This document shows positions 8,357 through 17,593 of a stretch of DNA of 64,000 nucleotides, piece by piece; the first letter of the stretch is position 1; every line of letters starts with the position of its first letter. A program made the translations under genes and the position numbers. Origin of the DNA: Escherichia phage vB_EcoM_3HA11. The stretch lies in sequence record MN342150; one strand, written 5' to 3'. The notes beneath the pieces were generated by a model. It did no database searches, was not told where the DNA came from, and was given only the letters and a program-made list of their open reading frames with translations.

Positions 8357-9151
8357 ATGGCCATTCTAAAACTTGGCAACCGAGGTTCTGAAGTCAAAGC
8401 GCTTCAACAAAGCCTCAACAAAATCGGTTTCTCCCTTACAGCCGATGGCATATTTGGTAAAGCAACAGAGAATGCTGTCAAATCCGTTCAGGCAGGTGCT
8501 GGATTGGTTATTGATGGTATTGCTGGGCCAAAGACCTTCTATGCTATCCGCAACTCTGGAGACGCTCATCAGGAACATCTGACCGAAGCGGACTTGGTTG
8601 ACGCAGCACGTGAACTTGGTGTTGAGCTGGCCAGTATGAAAGCTGTGAATCAGGTAGAATCCCGTGGCACGGGTTTTACCAAAACCGGCAAGATCAAAAC
8701 TCTGTTTGAGCGCCACATCATGTACAAAAAGGTGACGGCCAAATTCGGACAAGCAAGAGCCAATGCTCTGTACCAACTCTACCCAACATTGGTTAACCCC
8801 AATTCTGGCGGGTATATCGGCGGAGACGCGGAGTTGGAACGCCTTCAGGGTGCAATCGCCCTTGACGAGGACTGCGCTTACGAGAGTGCTTCCTACGGCC
8901 TATTCCAGATCATGGGGTTCAACTGCCAAATCTGTGGATATCCAAATGCCAAAGAGATGTTCACTGATTTCCTGACTGGTGAACGCGCTCATCTTCTGGC
9001 ATTTGTCAAGTTCATCAAGGCTGATGCCAATATGTGGAAAGCCCTGAAGAACAAGAATTGGGCCGAGTTTGCTCGTCGGTACAATGGTCCGGCATATGCG
9101 AAAAACCAGTATGATACTAAACTGGCGGCAGCATACAAGAGTTTCTGTTAA
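8357..9151 (+). CDS. endolysin: peptidoglycan-binding domain plus N-acetylmuramidase-like catalytic domain
   Basis: N-terminal repeat LQQSLNKIGF...DGIFGKATENAV / DGIAGPKTFYAI typical of PG-binding domains; C-terminal ASYGLFQIMGFN muramidase-type block; SD GGAGG before the ATG at 8357. Confidence 0.75.
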   Translation: MAILKLGNRGSEVKALQQSLNKIGFSLTADGIFGKATENAVKSVQAGAGLVIDGIAGPKTFYAIRNSGDAHQEHLTEADLVDAARELGVELASMKAVNQVESRGTGFTKTGKIKTLFERHIMYKKVTAKFGQARANALYQLYPTLVNPNSGGYIGGDAELERLQGAIALDEDCAYESASYGLFQIMGFNCQICGYPNAKEMFTDFLTGERAHLLAFVKFIKADANMWKALKNKNWAEFARRYNGPAYAKNQYDTKLAAAYKSFC

Positions 9152-9180
9152 CAAAAGGCCGGAAACGGCCTTTTTCTTTA
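9152..9180 (+). terminator. rho-independent terminator (GGCCGGAAACGGCC plus TTTTT)
   Basis: Hairpin and T run after endolysin. Confidence 0.6.
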
Positions 9181-9256
9181 TCTAACATACAGGTATGCTG
9201 GGCACGTCGCTTAATTAAAGGTGTCGACAACCCCTGTAGATATAGGAAGGTTCAAC

Positions 9257-10096
9257 ATGCAATCTGCGTCTAAAGTTGTATCCATGAAGCCAGCGAAGAC
9301 AAAATCTGCTCGTAAGAAAGACACCATCCAGAAGGAAGAAGACTGGATGAAGTTTTCCAAAGGCGATTTCAAAATTGCTCCGTTCAATGGCCTCTCAGAA
9401 AATCAGAACCTCGCATATCAATCCGCATTAAACGAACACCTCACTATCGCTATCGGTCCGGCAGGTACAGGCAAATCCTATTGTGGTGCGTCCGCTGCTG
9501 CCAAGCATCTGATTGACAAAACCATCAACAAGATTATCATCACGCGTTCTCCTTTACCGACCGGAACCACAGCGGGGTTCCGGCCTGGTGACACATATGA
9601 AAAGCTGATGCCTTATTTGATGCCGCTCATACAGACATTCAAAAAGGTTCTCAAAACAGATACGGGTTCCGACGGTTTCTTCAACTATCTGTGGGAGAAA
9701 CGGATCATAGAAATTCAAGACCTTGAAACTGTAAAGGGAATGACCTTCGATGATTGTTTTCTGATTATCGAAGAGGCGCAGGAATGCGATATGGAGCAGC
9801 TGAAGAACTTACTGACCCGTGCTTCAGATTCTTCGTACATCTTCGTGAATGGAGATATCAAACAGTCTAACAAGCGACTGCGTGATAGTGCGTTACAGAC
9901 GTATGTGGATTCCTTTAAAGACTTCAACAACAAGCTGGAAACATATTCCTTGCAAATTGACGGTGTAGAAATCGGAGATGAATATCCAGAGTGGGTTCAA
10001 CCATTCAGCATCATCGAATTCGATAAGTCTGATCGTAATGGACGCGGTAACTTCACCCGCCTGATGTTAGAAATTAACGACCTGTACAACATTTAA
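9257..10096 (+). CDS. phoH: PhoH-like ATPase
   Basis: Walker A GPAGTGKS and overall PhoH-family layout; SD GGAAGG before the ATG at 9257. Confidence 0.75.
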   Translation: MQSASKVVSMKPAKTKSARKKDTIQKEEDWMKFSKGDFKIAPFNGLSENQNLAYQSALNEHLTIAIGPAGTGKSYCGASAAAKHLIDKTINKIIITRSPLPTGTTAGFRPGDTYEKLMPYLMPLIQTFKKVLKTDTGSDGFFNYLWEKRIIEIQDLETVKGMTFDDCFLIIEEAQECDMEQLKNLLTRASDSSYIFVNGDIKQSNKRLRDSALQTYVDSFKDFNNKLETYSLQIDGVEIGDEYPEWVQPFSIIEFDKSDRNGRGNFTRLMLEINDLYNI

Positions 10097-10181
10097 ATAC
10101 CACACGAACTTCCCCGTCGCCTTCAATCCATGGAGGCGACGTATAATAACAGCCTGCATTAACACAAACCAAGGAACCGTT

Positions 10182-12464
10182 ATGATTAACATCATTAAAC
10201 GGGACGGATCTTCTGTCCCCTTTGACATTGAAAAACTCCACACTGTTCTTGAACGTGCCTGTGAAGGATTAGAAGGAGTTTCGGTGTCTGAGGTGGAAGC
10301 AGCATCGAAGATTCAGTTCACAGACAATATGAAAACCGAACGCATTCAGGATATTATCATCCAAGCGGCGGCTACATTGATTTCTGTAGAAAAACCCAAC
10401 TACCAATATGTTGCTGCCCGTCTGAAATCGTATGACCTGCGAAAAGTCGTCTATGGGCGATACAAGCCACCTCACTTGCTTGATATATTCGCTAAAAACA
10501 TCAAGCAGGGCGTTTATGATCGTGAATTCCTCGAACTCTATACGAAAGAAGAATTTGAAGAACTGAACACGGTCATCAATCACAAACGCGACAAGAATTT
10601 TACTTGGGCGGCTATGGGCCAGCTCACGCAAAAATATCTTTTGCGCGATCGCTCAGCAGACAGCAAAGTGTATTACGAAACGCCTCAAGTCATGTATATG
10701 GCGATAGCGATGGCTCTGTTCTCTGCATGGGATAAAGAAACCCGCCTGACGATGGTGAAGAAATTTTATGAATACGCCAGTACAGGTAAATTCAGTCTTC
10801 CAACACCCATCATGTCCGGCGTTCGTACCCCAACCCGCCAATTCAGTTCTTGTGTTCTTATCAAAACCGGTGACACTTTGGACTCAATCAATGCTACAGC
10901 CAAAAGTATTGTTGATTATGTATCCAAACGCGCTGGGATCGGATTTGATGTCGGAGCAATTCGCGGCATCGGTAGCCCTATCCGAAAAGGCGAAATGGTG
11001 CACACAGGCCTGGTTCCTTTCATCAAATATCTGACTGGGGCATTAAAGTCTTGCTCTCAAGGCGGTATTCGTGGCGGATCAGCAACTTGCTATATCCCTA
11101 TCTGGCATTATCAATTTGATGATGTTGTGGTCCTGAAGAATAACCGTGGTCTTGAAGAGAACCGTGAACGCCGTATCGACTATGGTATTCAGATCAACCG
11201 CGTCATGTTCGAACGTCTGGTGAACAAACAACCCCTGTATTTGTTCGATCCGAAAGACAACCGCGATATGTACGAAGCGTTTTTCGCAGATGTCGATAAG
11301 TTCCGTACCCTGTACGACAACATGGTCAAAGCTGCTGATGCTGGTTTGGTTCGTGCCAAGAAGATGAATGCGGAAGAAGTATTCCAGATGTTGTTGGATC
11401 AGCGTTCAGATACAGGCCGCATCTACATCGCGTTTGTCGACCACATGAACCAGTACAGTCCATTCAATCTAGACACAATCTATAGTTCTAATCTGTGTCT
11501 GGAGATTGCGCTTCCTACTCGTGAATTCCAACAGTACGACGATGAAGAAGGTCGGATCGCTCTGTGTACTTTGGCCTCTTTTAACCTGACGGCGTTTGAA
11601 GACCCGACAGAAATGGAAGACGTTGCATATGTCTTGGTTTCGGCTTTGGATATGCTGCTGGAATACCAAGATTATCCAGCACGTCAAGCCCGTCTGGCTG
11701 TGGAAGAATATCGTCCTCTGGGTATCGGTGTCGTCAACGTTGCACATTTCTTCGCCAAGAACTTCACGGGGTATGGATCTCCTGTTGGGTTAGAACTCCT
11801 GGACAAGTGGATGGCGCACCTGCATTTCTATCTGGTAAAGGCTTCGAATCGTCTGGCCATGAAGTTTGGGGCATGTAAGAAGGAAACCATTCATCGTTCT
11901 GGTAAGATAACAGCCGACCTTCAACCGTTGCCGCTGGATATCCTCCCCAATGGTAAAAAGCCGGAAGGTATGGCATACGGCCTTGACTGGGACGGTTTGA
12001 AAGACTCTCTGCGTTGCCATGGTATCCGCAATGCTACTCTCTTGGCGATAGCACCAACTGAAAGCTCCTCTCAGGTGCTGAACGCCACGAATGGTATAGA
12101 GCCACCCAAAGGCCTCATCAGTATCAAAGGCAGCAAGGATGGCGTTTACAAGCAGATCGTTCCGGACGTTGAAACCCTTGGTCCTCTATATGACCTGAAA
12201 TGGAATCTGTCTTGTATCGACTATTTGAAAACAGCGGCGGTCGCCCAGCGTTGGGTAGACCAATCCATCAGCGTTAATACACATTATGATCCAGAGAAAT
12301 TCCCAGACGGGAAGATCCCGCGCTCTCTCATGATGCAGGATATTCTGTCTTTCTACATGTGGGGTGGTAAAACTCTGTATTACAACACCAACAAAGACTC
12401 TAAGGAAGATGAAGAGTTGAAACAAATTGAAGATCCGAATCACTGTGACACCTGTGTTGTCTGA
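10182..12464 (+). CDS. nrdA: ribonucleotide reductase class I large subunit
   Basis: 760 aa; N-terminal ATP-cone-like region, conserved RNR core blocks, C-terminal Cys pair (HCDTCVV). Confidence 0.9.
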   Translation: MINIIKRDGSSVPFDIEKLHTVLERACEGLEGVSVSEVEAASKIQFTDNMKTERIQDIIIQAAATLISVEKPNYQYVAARLKSYDLRKVVYGRYKPPHLLDIFAKNIKQGVYDREFLELYTKEEFEELNTVINHKRDKNFTWAAMGQLTQKYLLRDRSADSKVYYETPQVMYMAIAMALFSAWDKETRLTMVKKFYEYASTGKFSLPTPIMSGVRTPTRQFSSCVLIKTGDTLDSINATAKSIVDYVSKRAGIGFDVGAIRGIGSPIRKGEMVHTGLVPFIKYLTGALKSCSQGGIRGGSATCYIPIWHYQFDDVVVLKNNRGLEENRERRIDYGIQINRVMFERLVNKQPLYLFDPKDNRDMYEAFFADVDKFRTLYDNMVKAADAGLVRAKKMNAEEVFQMLLDQRSDTGRIYIAFVDHMNQYSPFNLDTIYSSNLCLEIALPTREFQQYDDEEGRIALCTLASFNLTAFEDPTEMEDVAYVLVSALDMLLEYQDYPARQARLAVEEYRPLGIGVVNVAHFFAKNFTGYGSPVGLELLDKWMAHLHFYLVKASNRLAMKFGACKKETIHRSGKITADLQPLPLDILPNGKKPEGMAYGLDWDGLKDSLRCHGIRNATLLAIAPTESSSQVLNATNGIEPPKGLISIKGSKDGVYKQIVPDVETLGPLYDLKWNLSCIDYLKTAAVAQRWVDQSISVNTHYDPEKFPDGKIPRSLMMQDILSFYMWGGKTLYYNTNKDSKEDEELKQIEDPNHCDTCVV

Positions 12465-12489
12465 TTAGGTCTATACCACACAATCGTTT

Positions 12490-12525
12490 AATATCAGGGG
12501 TGATTCGTCACCCCTTATTCATCAG
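12490..12525 (+). other. stem-loop between nrdA and nrdB (GGGGTGA-TTCG-TCACCCC)
   Basis: Perfect inverted repeat in the 70-nt nrdA-nrdB spacer; possible attenuator or processing site. Confidence 0.35.
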
Positions 12526-12534
12526 GAAAGAAAC

Positions 12535-13638
12535 ATGAACGAACAAAAGCAATTCTCAGTATTCGATCCATCTTCAAATAATACAGGACTGCCATTCTTT
12601 GGCGACCCTGTAAGTATCCAGCGTTATGACAAAGTGGCTTGGCCTTTTGTTCAAAAATGGTATGAAAAAGGCCTCAGCCAATTCTGGCGTCCGGAAGAAG
12701 TGGATGTCACCAAAGACAAAGCGGACTTTGCCACGCTCTCCGCAGCAGAACAACACATCTACTTCAGCAACCTGAAACGCCAAACCATGCTGGACTCTAT
12801 TCAGGGCGCTGCTCCGTTCGAAGCGTTTGGCCCGTGGGCATCAACACCAGAAGCGCAATTTGCTATTCTGGAATGGACGCGCCAAGAAGCCATCCACTCA
12901 CTATCTTACACGCATATCCTTCGTAACACAGTGAATGATCCTGGTATCGTTTTTGACCATGTTCTGGACGTTCAGGAGATCGTAGATTGCGCCGGACAGA
13001 TCAGCGTATACTACGACGACATGGTGCGTTACAGCGGGATGCGTATGGCTGGACGCGCGTTCACCCGTGAAGACATCATGAACGCCAAGCGTGCATTCTG
13101 GCGTGCTCTGTTTGCTGCCAACTCCCTCGAAGGCGTCCGTTTCTATGTTTCATTTGCGTGTTCTTGGGCATTCATGCAATTCCTCAACAAAATGGAAGGC
13201 AATGCCAAGATTATTCGCCAGATCGCTCGTGACGAGCAAGATCACCTCATTCTGACACAGACTTTCCTGAATCGTCTTCCGTTGTTAGACCCTGATTTTG
13301 GTATCATCCGTGAAGAACTGCGTGGCGAAATGACCCAGATGTATGTGGATGTGGTCAACCAAGAGAAAGAGTGGGCGAACTATCTGTTCAAAGACGGATC
13401 CATGCTGGGTCTGAACGCAAATATCTTACACCAAATGGTTGATTGGCTAGCAACACATCGTATGGGCGCGATTGGCCACCCGTACCCTGGGCAAGCCCGT
13501 AAAGACAATCCGGTTCCATGGATAAATGAGTGGCTAGATAATAAAACAATGCAATACGCATTACAGGAAGCGGAAGCCCCTGATTATCTGACTGGTGTCC
13601 TTACTGGATCAGTCTCCGACGGTCTGAAATTTGTTTAA
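12535..13638 (+). CDS. nrdB: ribonucleotide reductase class I small subunit
   Basis: 367 aa; di-iron/tyrosyl-radical family pattern, adjacent to nrdA. Confidence 0.88.
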   Translation: MNEQKQFSVFDPSSNNTGLPFFGDPVSIQRYDKVAWPFVQKWYEKGLSQFWRPEEVDVTKDKADFATLSAAEQHIYFSNLKRQTMLDSIQGAAPFEAFGPWASTPEAQFAILEWTRQEAIHSLSYTHILRNTVNDPGIVFDHVLDVQEIVDCAGQISVYYDDMVRYSGMRMAGRAFTREDIMNAKRAFWRALFAANSLEGVRFYVSFACSWAFMQFLNKMEGNAKIIRQIARDEQDHLILTQTFLNRLPLLDPDFGIIREELRGEMTQMYVDVVNQEKEWANYLFKDGSMLGLNANILHQMVDWLATHRMGAIGHPYPGQARKDNPVPWINEWLDNKTMQYALQEAEAPDYLTGVLTGSVSDGLKFV

Positions 13639-13647
13639 AGGTGAGAA

Positions 13648-13872
13648 ATGATTACGATCTATTCCAAACAAGGTTGTGCGCAGTGTTTACAAGCCGAAAA
13701 CATCTGCCGCATTCGCGGTATTGAACACCAAATTCTGAAGCTAGACAAAGACTACAAGCTGGAAGAATTACAGAAAATCACTGGTAAGCAACGCATGTCT
13801 ATGCCCGTGATTGTTCTGGCTGACCAAACCGTGACCGACGTTACTGGACTCGCCGCAAGTTTGAAACGCTGA
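13648..13872 (+). CDS. nrdC: glutaredoxin/thioredoxin-like redox protein (NrdC/NrdH-like)
   Basis: 74 aa with CAQC active-site motif immediately downstream of nrdB. Confidence 0.7.
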   Translation: MITIYSKQGCAQCLQAENICRIRGIEHQILKLDKDYKLEELQKITGKQRMSMPVIVLADQTVTDVTGLAASLKR

Positions 13873-13902
13873 TCTTTCAAAGCCCCTGATCTAGGGGCTT
13901 TA
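13873..13902 (+). terminator. rho-independent terminator (AGCCCCT...AGGGGCT plus TTT)
   Basis: Hairpin after the glutaredoxin gene. Confidence 0.5.
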
Positions 13903-13927
13903 CTTTTGAAACCTTTCCGCCTATACT
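13899..13927 (+). promoter_or_regulatory. T4-early-like promoter (-35 TTTACT, 17 nt spacer, -10 TATACT)
   Basis: Same architecture as 644 and 7448. Confidence 0.35.
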
Positions 13928-13978
13928 TCCCAGTAATTCATTGGCAAACGCCACAAATTGAATAGCAGGAACTATATC

Positions 13979-14212
13979 ATGACCAACTCTGAAATATATC
14001 ATGCTTCTATGCATTATCACGACCTACGCGCCCGTCCAGGACACGCCAAACAAAAAGCATTCTGGGTGGCAGAACTCAGATTACGCCGTGCTGTCGTTAA
14101 CCACCAAATAATCATGAATCGGAAAAACGACAAATCACCGTTGTTGGCAGATTCTTATCTTGAACTCCGCACAGCCTATGAACAAGCCAAACAGCACGTA
14201 ATAGGAGCATAA
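13979..14212 (+). CDS. hypothetical small basic protein
   Basis: ATG preceded by AGGAACTATATC (shared initiation cassette). Confidence 0.45.
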   Translation: MTNSEIYHASMHYHDLRARPGHAKQKAFWVAELRLRRAVVNHQIIMNRKNDKSPLLADSYLELRTAYEQAKQHVIGA

Positions 14213-14213
14213 T

Positions 14214-14675
14214 ATGTCCAACAAATTACTCACCAACCCCCGCCACAACTTTGGTTATATCCAATTACCAGAAGTGATAGACACGTTGTTTGCTGAAGAC
14301 AAGGAAGAAGTTTGTTGGGCACCAGCGACCCTTATTGAACGCGAAATTTTCAAATCTGAAGTAGACGTGATGTTCCGCATCGGTTCATCCGGAGACCTTC
14401 ATTATTTGGGGAAAGTGACCGAGTTAAAGACCTGCCATGCTCAAAGATTTTTGCGCATTGACACCACTCAATGTGAAGACATTTCATTTAGCATTCTGCG
14501 TGAATATGTTCAGGTCAACCGTCCTGTGTATCAGCACCGTCCTTATTTGACGTCGATGCACATAGACAATTATATTTCCGACATTCATTTACGTGCATCA
14601 ACTATCCATGAAGAAGATTCTGGTATCGCGGTTGATACAGTACTCAATATGATCGTCATTACTTTGGTGCCGTGA
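14214..14675 (+). CDS. hypothetical protein
   Basis: ORF, tightly packed with neighbours. Confidence 0.45.
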   Translation: MSNKLLTNPRHNFGYIQLPEVIDTLFAEDKEEVCWAPATLIEREIFKSEVDVMFRIGSSGDLHYLGKVTELKTCHAQRFLRIDTTQCEDISFSILREYVQVNRPVYQHRPYLTSMHIDNYISDIHLRASTIHEEDSGIAVDTVLNMIVITLVP

Positions 14676-14676
14676 T

Positions 14677-15015
14677 ATGTACAAATTCCCGATATTCGAA
14701 ACAGTGTACTCTGTTCACAAAAAGGAAGGTCCATTATTTGAAAATTTGGATATTCTGTTAAAGGAAAAAGTCCGTATCCCTCTGGTTCTAAAGGGAAAGC
14801 AAATAGGATATAGCCATGACTGCCAAATAATGCGTTCTGAAGGCACCGACGTCTTACGCATCCGTCTAACATTTGTGTTGACGGGGAGACTAGATGGTGT
14901 GGTGGTTAACCTAAAGCCAACCACCATAGTCCACAGAACGGGTGGGAAAATATTATATCGTTTATTAACTCATTTTGAGTTGGTGACAAAATGCTCTGCC
15001 ACGGACGTTCTTTAA
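14677..15015 (+). CDS. hypothetical protein
   Basis: ORF. Confidence 0.4.
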   Translation: MYKFPIFETVYSVHKKEGPLFENLDILLKEKVRIPLVLKGKQIGYSHDCQIMRSEGTDVLRIRLTFVLTGRLDGVVVNLKPTTIVHRTGGKILYRLLTHFELVTKCSATDVL

Positions 15016-15429
15016 TCAATTTGTCCGTTTCAACCATATCGTGTCTGTTATCGGCTCTGGGTTGTTGACCACATAGAACGTGATGGTTACGCCCAGAGAA
15101 TGATAATCGTCAGACAATGACACATCAACTGATTGTATCTCCGCTCTCGGTTCAAATAAAGCAATCGCGTCTTCAACTTTGTTTTTAACATCAACCTGAA
15201 TTGTGGGATTCGTATTTTCCCCCAGCATGGTATACAGCCCAGCCCCGATACTTGGGTATGTCGGCCAATCCCCAACTGTTGTCATCACGATATTTCGTAC
15301 GGATTGCAACACGGCATAGACACCTGTTTTCTTTGTGACATCTTTGGTGACCGGATGCATGCCAAACTTCAGGTCAATGTCCTTGTACTCTTTCATGTTA
15401 ATCCCCTTTGGATATTGCCTCTCCGGCAC
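15016..15429 (-). CDS. 25: baseplate wedge protein (gp25/GPW family)
   Basis: 137 aa, pattern typical of gp25-like lysozyme-fold baseplate proteins; directly downstream of the gp5-like gene. Confidence 0.6.
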   Translation of the reverse strand: MPERQYPKGINMKEYKDIDLKFGMHPVTKDVTKKTGVYAVLQSVRNIVMTTVGDWPTYPSIGAGLYTMLGENTNPTIQVDVKNKVEDAIALFEPRAEIQSVDVSLSDDYHSLGVTITFYVVNNPEPITDTIWLKRTN

Positions 15430-15460
15430 GAGAGGGCATTATCTACCCTCGCCAGTGTAA

Positions 15461-17086
15461 TCATGCGTCTTTACCACCAAAGTTGCCGCCATTATCCTCC
15501 AGTTCCGGTTTTATATCAATTGGACCAGGACCAGAAGTAGATACTGGAGTTGCCCCAGCGCGTGATGCAGCACGACCAGCACCTTCAGCATATTTGATGT
15601 TGCCTTCAATAGTCTGCGCCACCGACAACTTATCACAAACTATTTCACTAGCCAGTATTTTAGGCACTTTTAAAGTATTGGAAACTTCCAACATCTCACA
15701 GATGATACGCATCACGTTTTGCGCTTGAATTTCGGCCAGCTGTGAAAATTTCATCAACGCCGTGCCAGCAACCACATTGGAGTAGTTCGATGAATGTAGA
15801 TGATAGACCTCACCTGTCTTGCGCTGAACTTCAGTCCCACCAATGGTCAGGTTGTGATCACGACCAACATAGTAACGTTTGTCAAACATCGTCAGATCAT
15901 AATGATCTTTGACTGATTTATTGACCACGTCCCCGTCAGGAAGCATCTGCTTATAAGACCCCGAGGAGTGCATCCAATGGAGACGTTCCCCGCCTGGTGT
16001 GTCATCAACCTCCATAATATGCCCCGACCGAGATGCCATGACATTGTTGTAAGGATAACGAGACCCGCCAGCAGAAGGAACCGACACCTCTCCTGTGTTA
16101 TCAATATCTTGAACACGCCCAGAAGGAGGCGGAGTTTCCTGAACTTTTGGTGTACGATCAGGGATTGGCTCAGACCATTTACCATTTTGTTGCGCAGGAG
16201 CCGCCGATGCTGTCGTAGCAGGACCAGGCCAACGATAACCCAACACAGATGAGCGGCTGAAGCGACTCACCTTCACAGAATCTGATTGGTTGCCTCCAAT
16301 ACACCAAACATAATTGGCATCGAATTTCTGCACGAACGCAACGTGTCCGAATGTTGGGTTGTTGCCACGCCGGAATACAACAACAGCGCCGTAACGGGGT
16401 TCTGACAAAGGGGAACCCCATTGCAAATATGAACGAGCCAAAGCCGAGCGCGTTGAAGTGTATCCTGCTTGGATCAACACCCATCCCACAAATGAAGCGC
16501 ACCAGCTGACTTCATCTTCCGAAGCGCCCAAAGATGTTGTCTTGTGATATTCCAAAATCCTTGGGTTATTATTGAATTTGCCAGAATATTCTTTGACACC
16601 TAATTCACCACGAGCCACTGTCATCCATTTCTCGGGATCATAACCGTCCACAGGCGGTTGAGGTTCTGGTTGTGGGTCGTCTTCAATCTTGACAGGAACA
16701 TTTTCAACGGCGTTATATTTCTGTCTTTCTATAGATTGAACAACCTGGCCCAGCGCCAACGGGTTTGTGTCTGAACCATCCGTTGGTGTCGCCGCTGGCC
16801 AAACCCAGGCGATACGAATATTTTGGTATGCTTCATCCAAAGCAAATCCCATAACATCCGACCCGACTGTAATACCCGTTGGAGACCAGCCTAAACCTGC
16901 CGAGGAGGCGTTAGATGCTGGCATGAGCATTTTACCCCAAGGCAATAATTCGGTAGGTAAGAGAGTGGTATCTTCCGTGTGTACACCATAGATGCGCACA
17001 GCGACGCGCCCGTTCTGGTCGGGATCATTCACGTCTTCAACGCGCCCGTAAAACCAACGCATGTTGTCTAACATATTGAAACCCAT
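15461..17086 (-). CDS. 5: baseplate central hub/spike protein (gp5-like) carrying a CHAP/NlpC-P60-type peptidase domain
   Basis: N-terminus FYGRVEDVNDPDQNGRVAVRIYGVH resembles the gp5/VgrG OB-fold; central Cys...His block (CASFVGWVL ... GHVAFV); C-terminal repetitive beta-rich region. Confidence 0.6.
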   Translation of the reverse strand: MGFNMLDNMRWFYGRVEDVNDPDQNGRVAVRIYGVHTEDTTLLPTELLPWGKMLMPASNASSAGLGWSPTGITVGSDVMGFALDEAYQNIRIAWVWPAATPTDGSDTNPLALGQVVQSIERQKYNAVENVPVKIEDDPQPEPQPPVDGYDPEKWMTVARGELGVKEYSGKFNNNPRILEYHKTTSLGASEDEVSWCASFVGWVLIQAGYTSTRSALARSYLQWGSPLSEPRYGAVVVFRRGNNPTFGHVAFVQKFDANYVWCIGGNQSDSVKVSRFSRSSVLGYRWPGPATTASAAPAQQNGKWSEPIPDRTPKVQETPPPSGRVQDIDNTGEVSVPSAGGSRYPYNNVMASRSGHIMEVDDTPGGERLHWMHSSGSYKQMLPDGDVVNKSVKDHYDLTMFDKRYYVGRDHNLTIGGTEVQRKTGEVYHLHSSNYSNVVAGTALMKFSQLAEIQAQNVMRIICEMLEVSNTLKVPKILASEIVCDKLSVAQTIEGNIKYAEGAGRAASRAGATPVSTSGPGPIDIKPELEDNGGNFGGKDA

Positions 17087-17429
17087 TAGTCAATTAGAAT
17101 CATGGGTTATTTATGGCGGGGATTTGAAATCTGTCGAATAGTAATATTATAGGAAGCTCTGCTTCCGTTCAACTTTATTCTTTTCGTTTCTACTCGCTGA
17201 AGCTCGTAACACCGCCTTGACAGGCAGTCCCATTCCAATGCCATGGAGGCATAAAGGCGAGGAAAATACTGTACACCTCAGAACATGCGTAGAAAAGGAT
17301 TATTTTTGCTTCAAAACAAATTCAAACCCCAATTCACACAACACTTACTTCAGCAACAACGGTGTTATAGCAATTTAAGGTTAAATGTTCCTGTCTTAAC
17401 CTATAAAACAGGTAAGCAAAGAAAACCCC

Positions 17430-17457
17430 ACATTACGTGGGGTTGGAAGATTTCTTG
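17430..17457 (-). terminator. rho-independent terminator on minus strand (CCCCACGTAATGTGGGG plus T run)
   Basis: Hairpin downstream of the 17594..18397 gene. Confidence 0.55.
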
Positions 17458-17593
17458 GACAAACGTATCTTTAGTGTCTCTGTTAGCAAATCAAGATGCC
17501 AAGGCATCGACTCGCTTATTTCAAATATGCTATAGCCATGTGCCTTTAATTCGTCACACATCACAAAGTAGGAGAGTAAATCAATTTCAAAAA

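Noticed and set aside
10269-11034. Several 60-120-aa ORFs antisense to or out of frame within nrdA (and similar ones inside rIIA, gp39, gp29 and other large genes)
   Set aside because: Fully embedded in long genes with strong homology signal; no independent start signals; typical six-frame noise
10182-13638. Group I intron or homing endonuclease inside nrdA/nrdB (known in T4 nrdB)
   Set aside because: Both genes read as continuous full-length ORFs of normal size with no interruption, and no GIY-YIG/HNH ORF is nearby
17087-17593. tRNA gene in the long intergenic region
   Set aside because: I could not build an acceptor stem and T-loop (GTTCRANYC) with correct spacing; the hairpins present look like terminators or leaders. 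Needs a covariance-model scan to be sure
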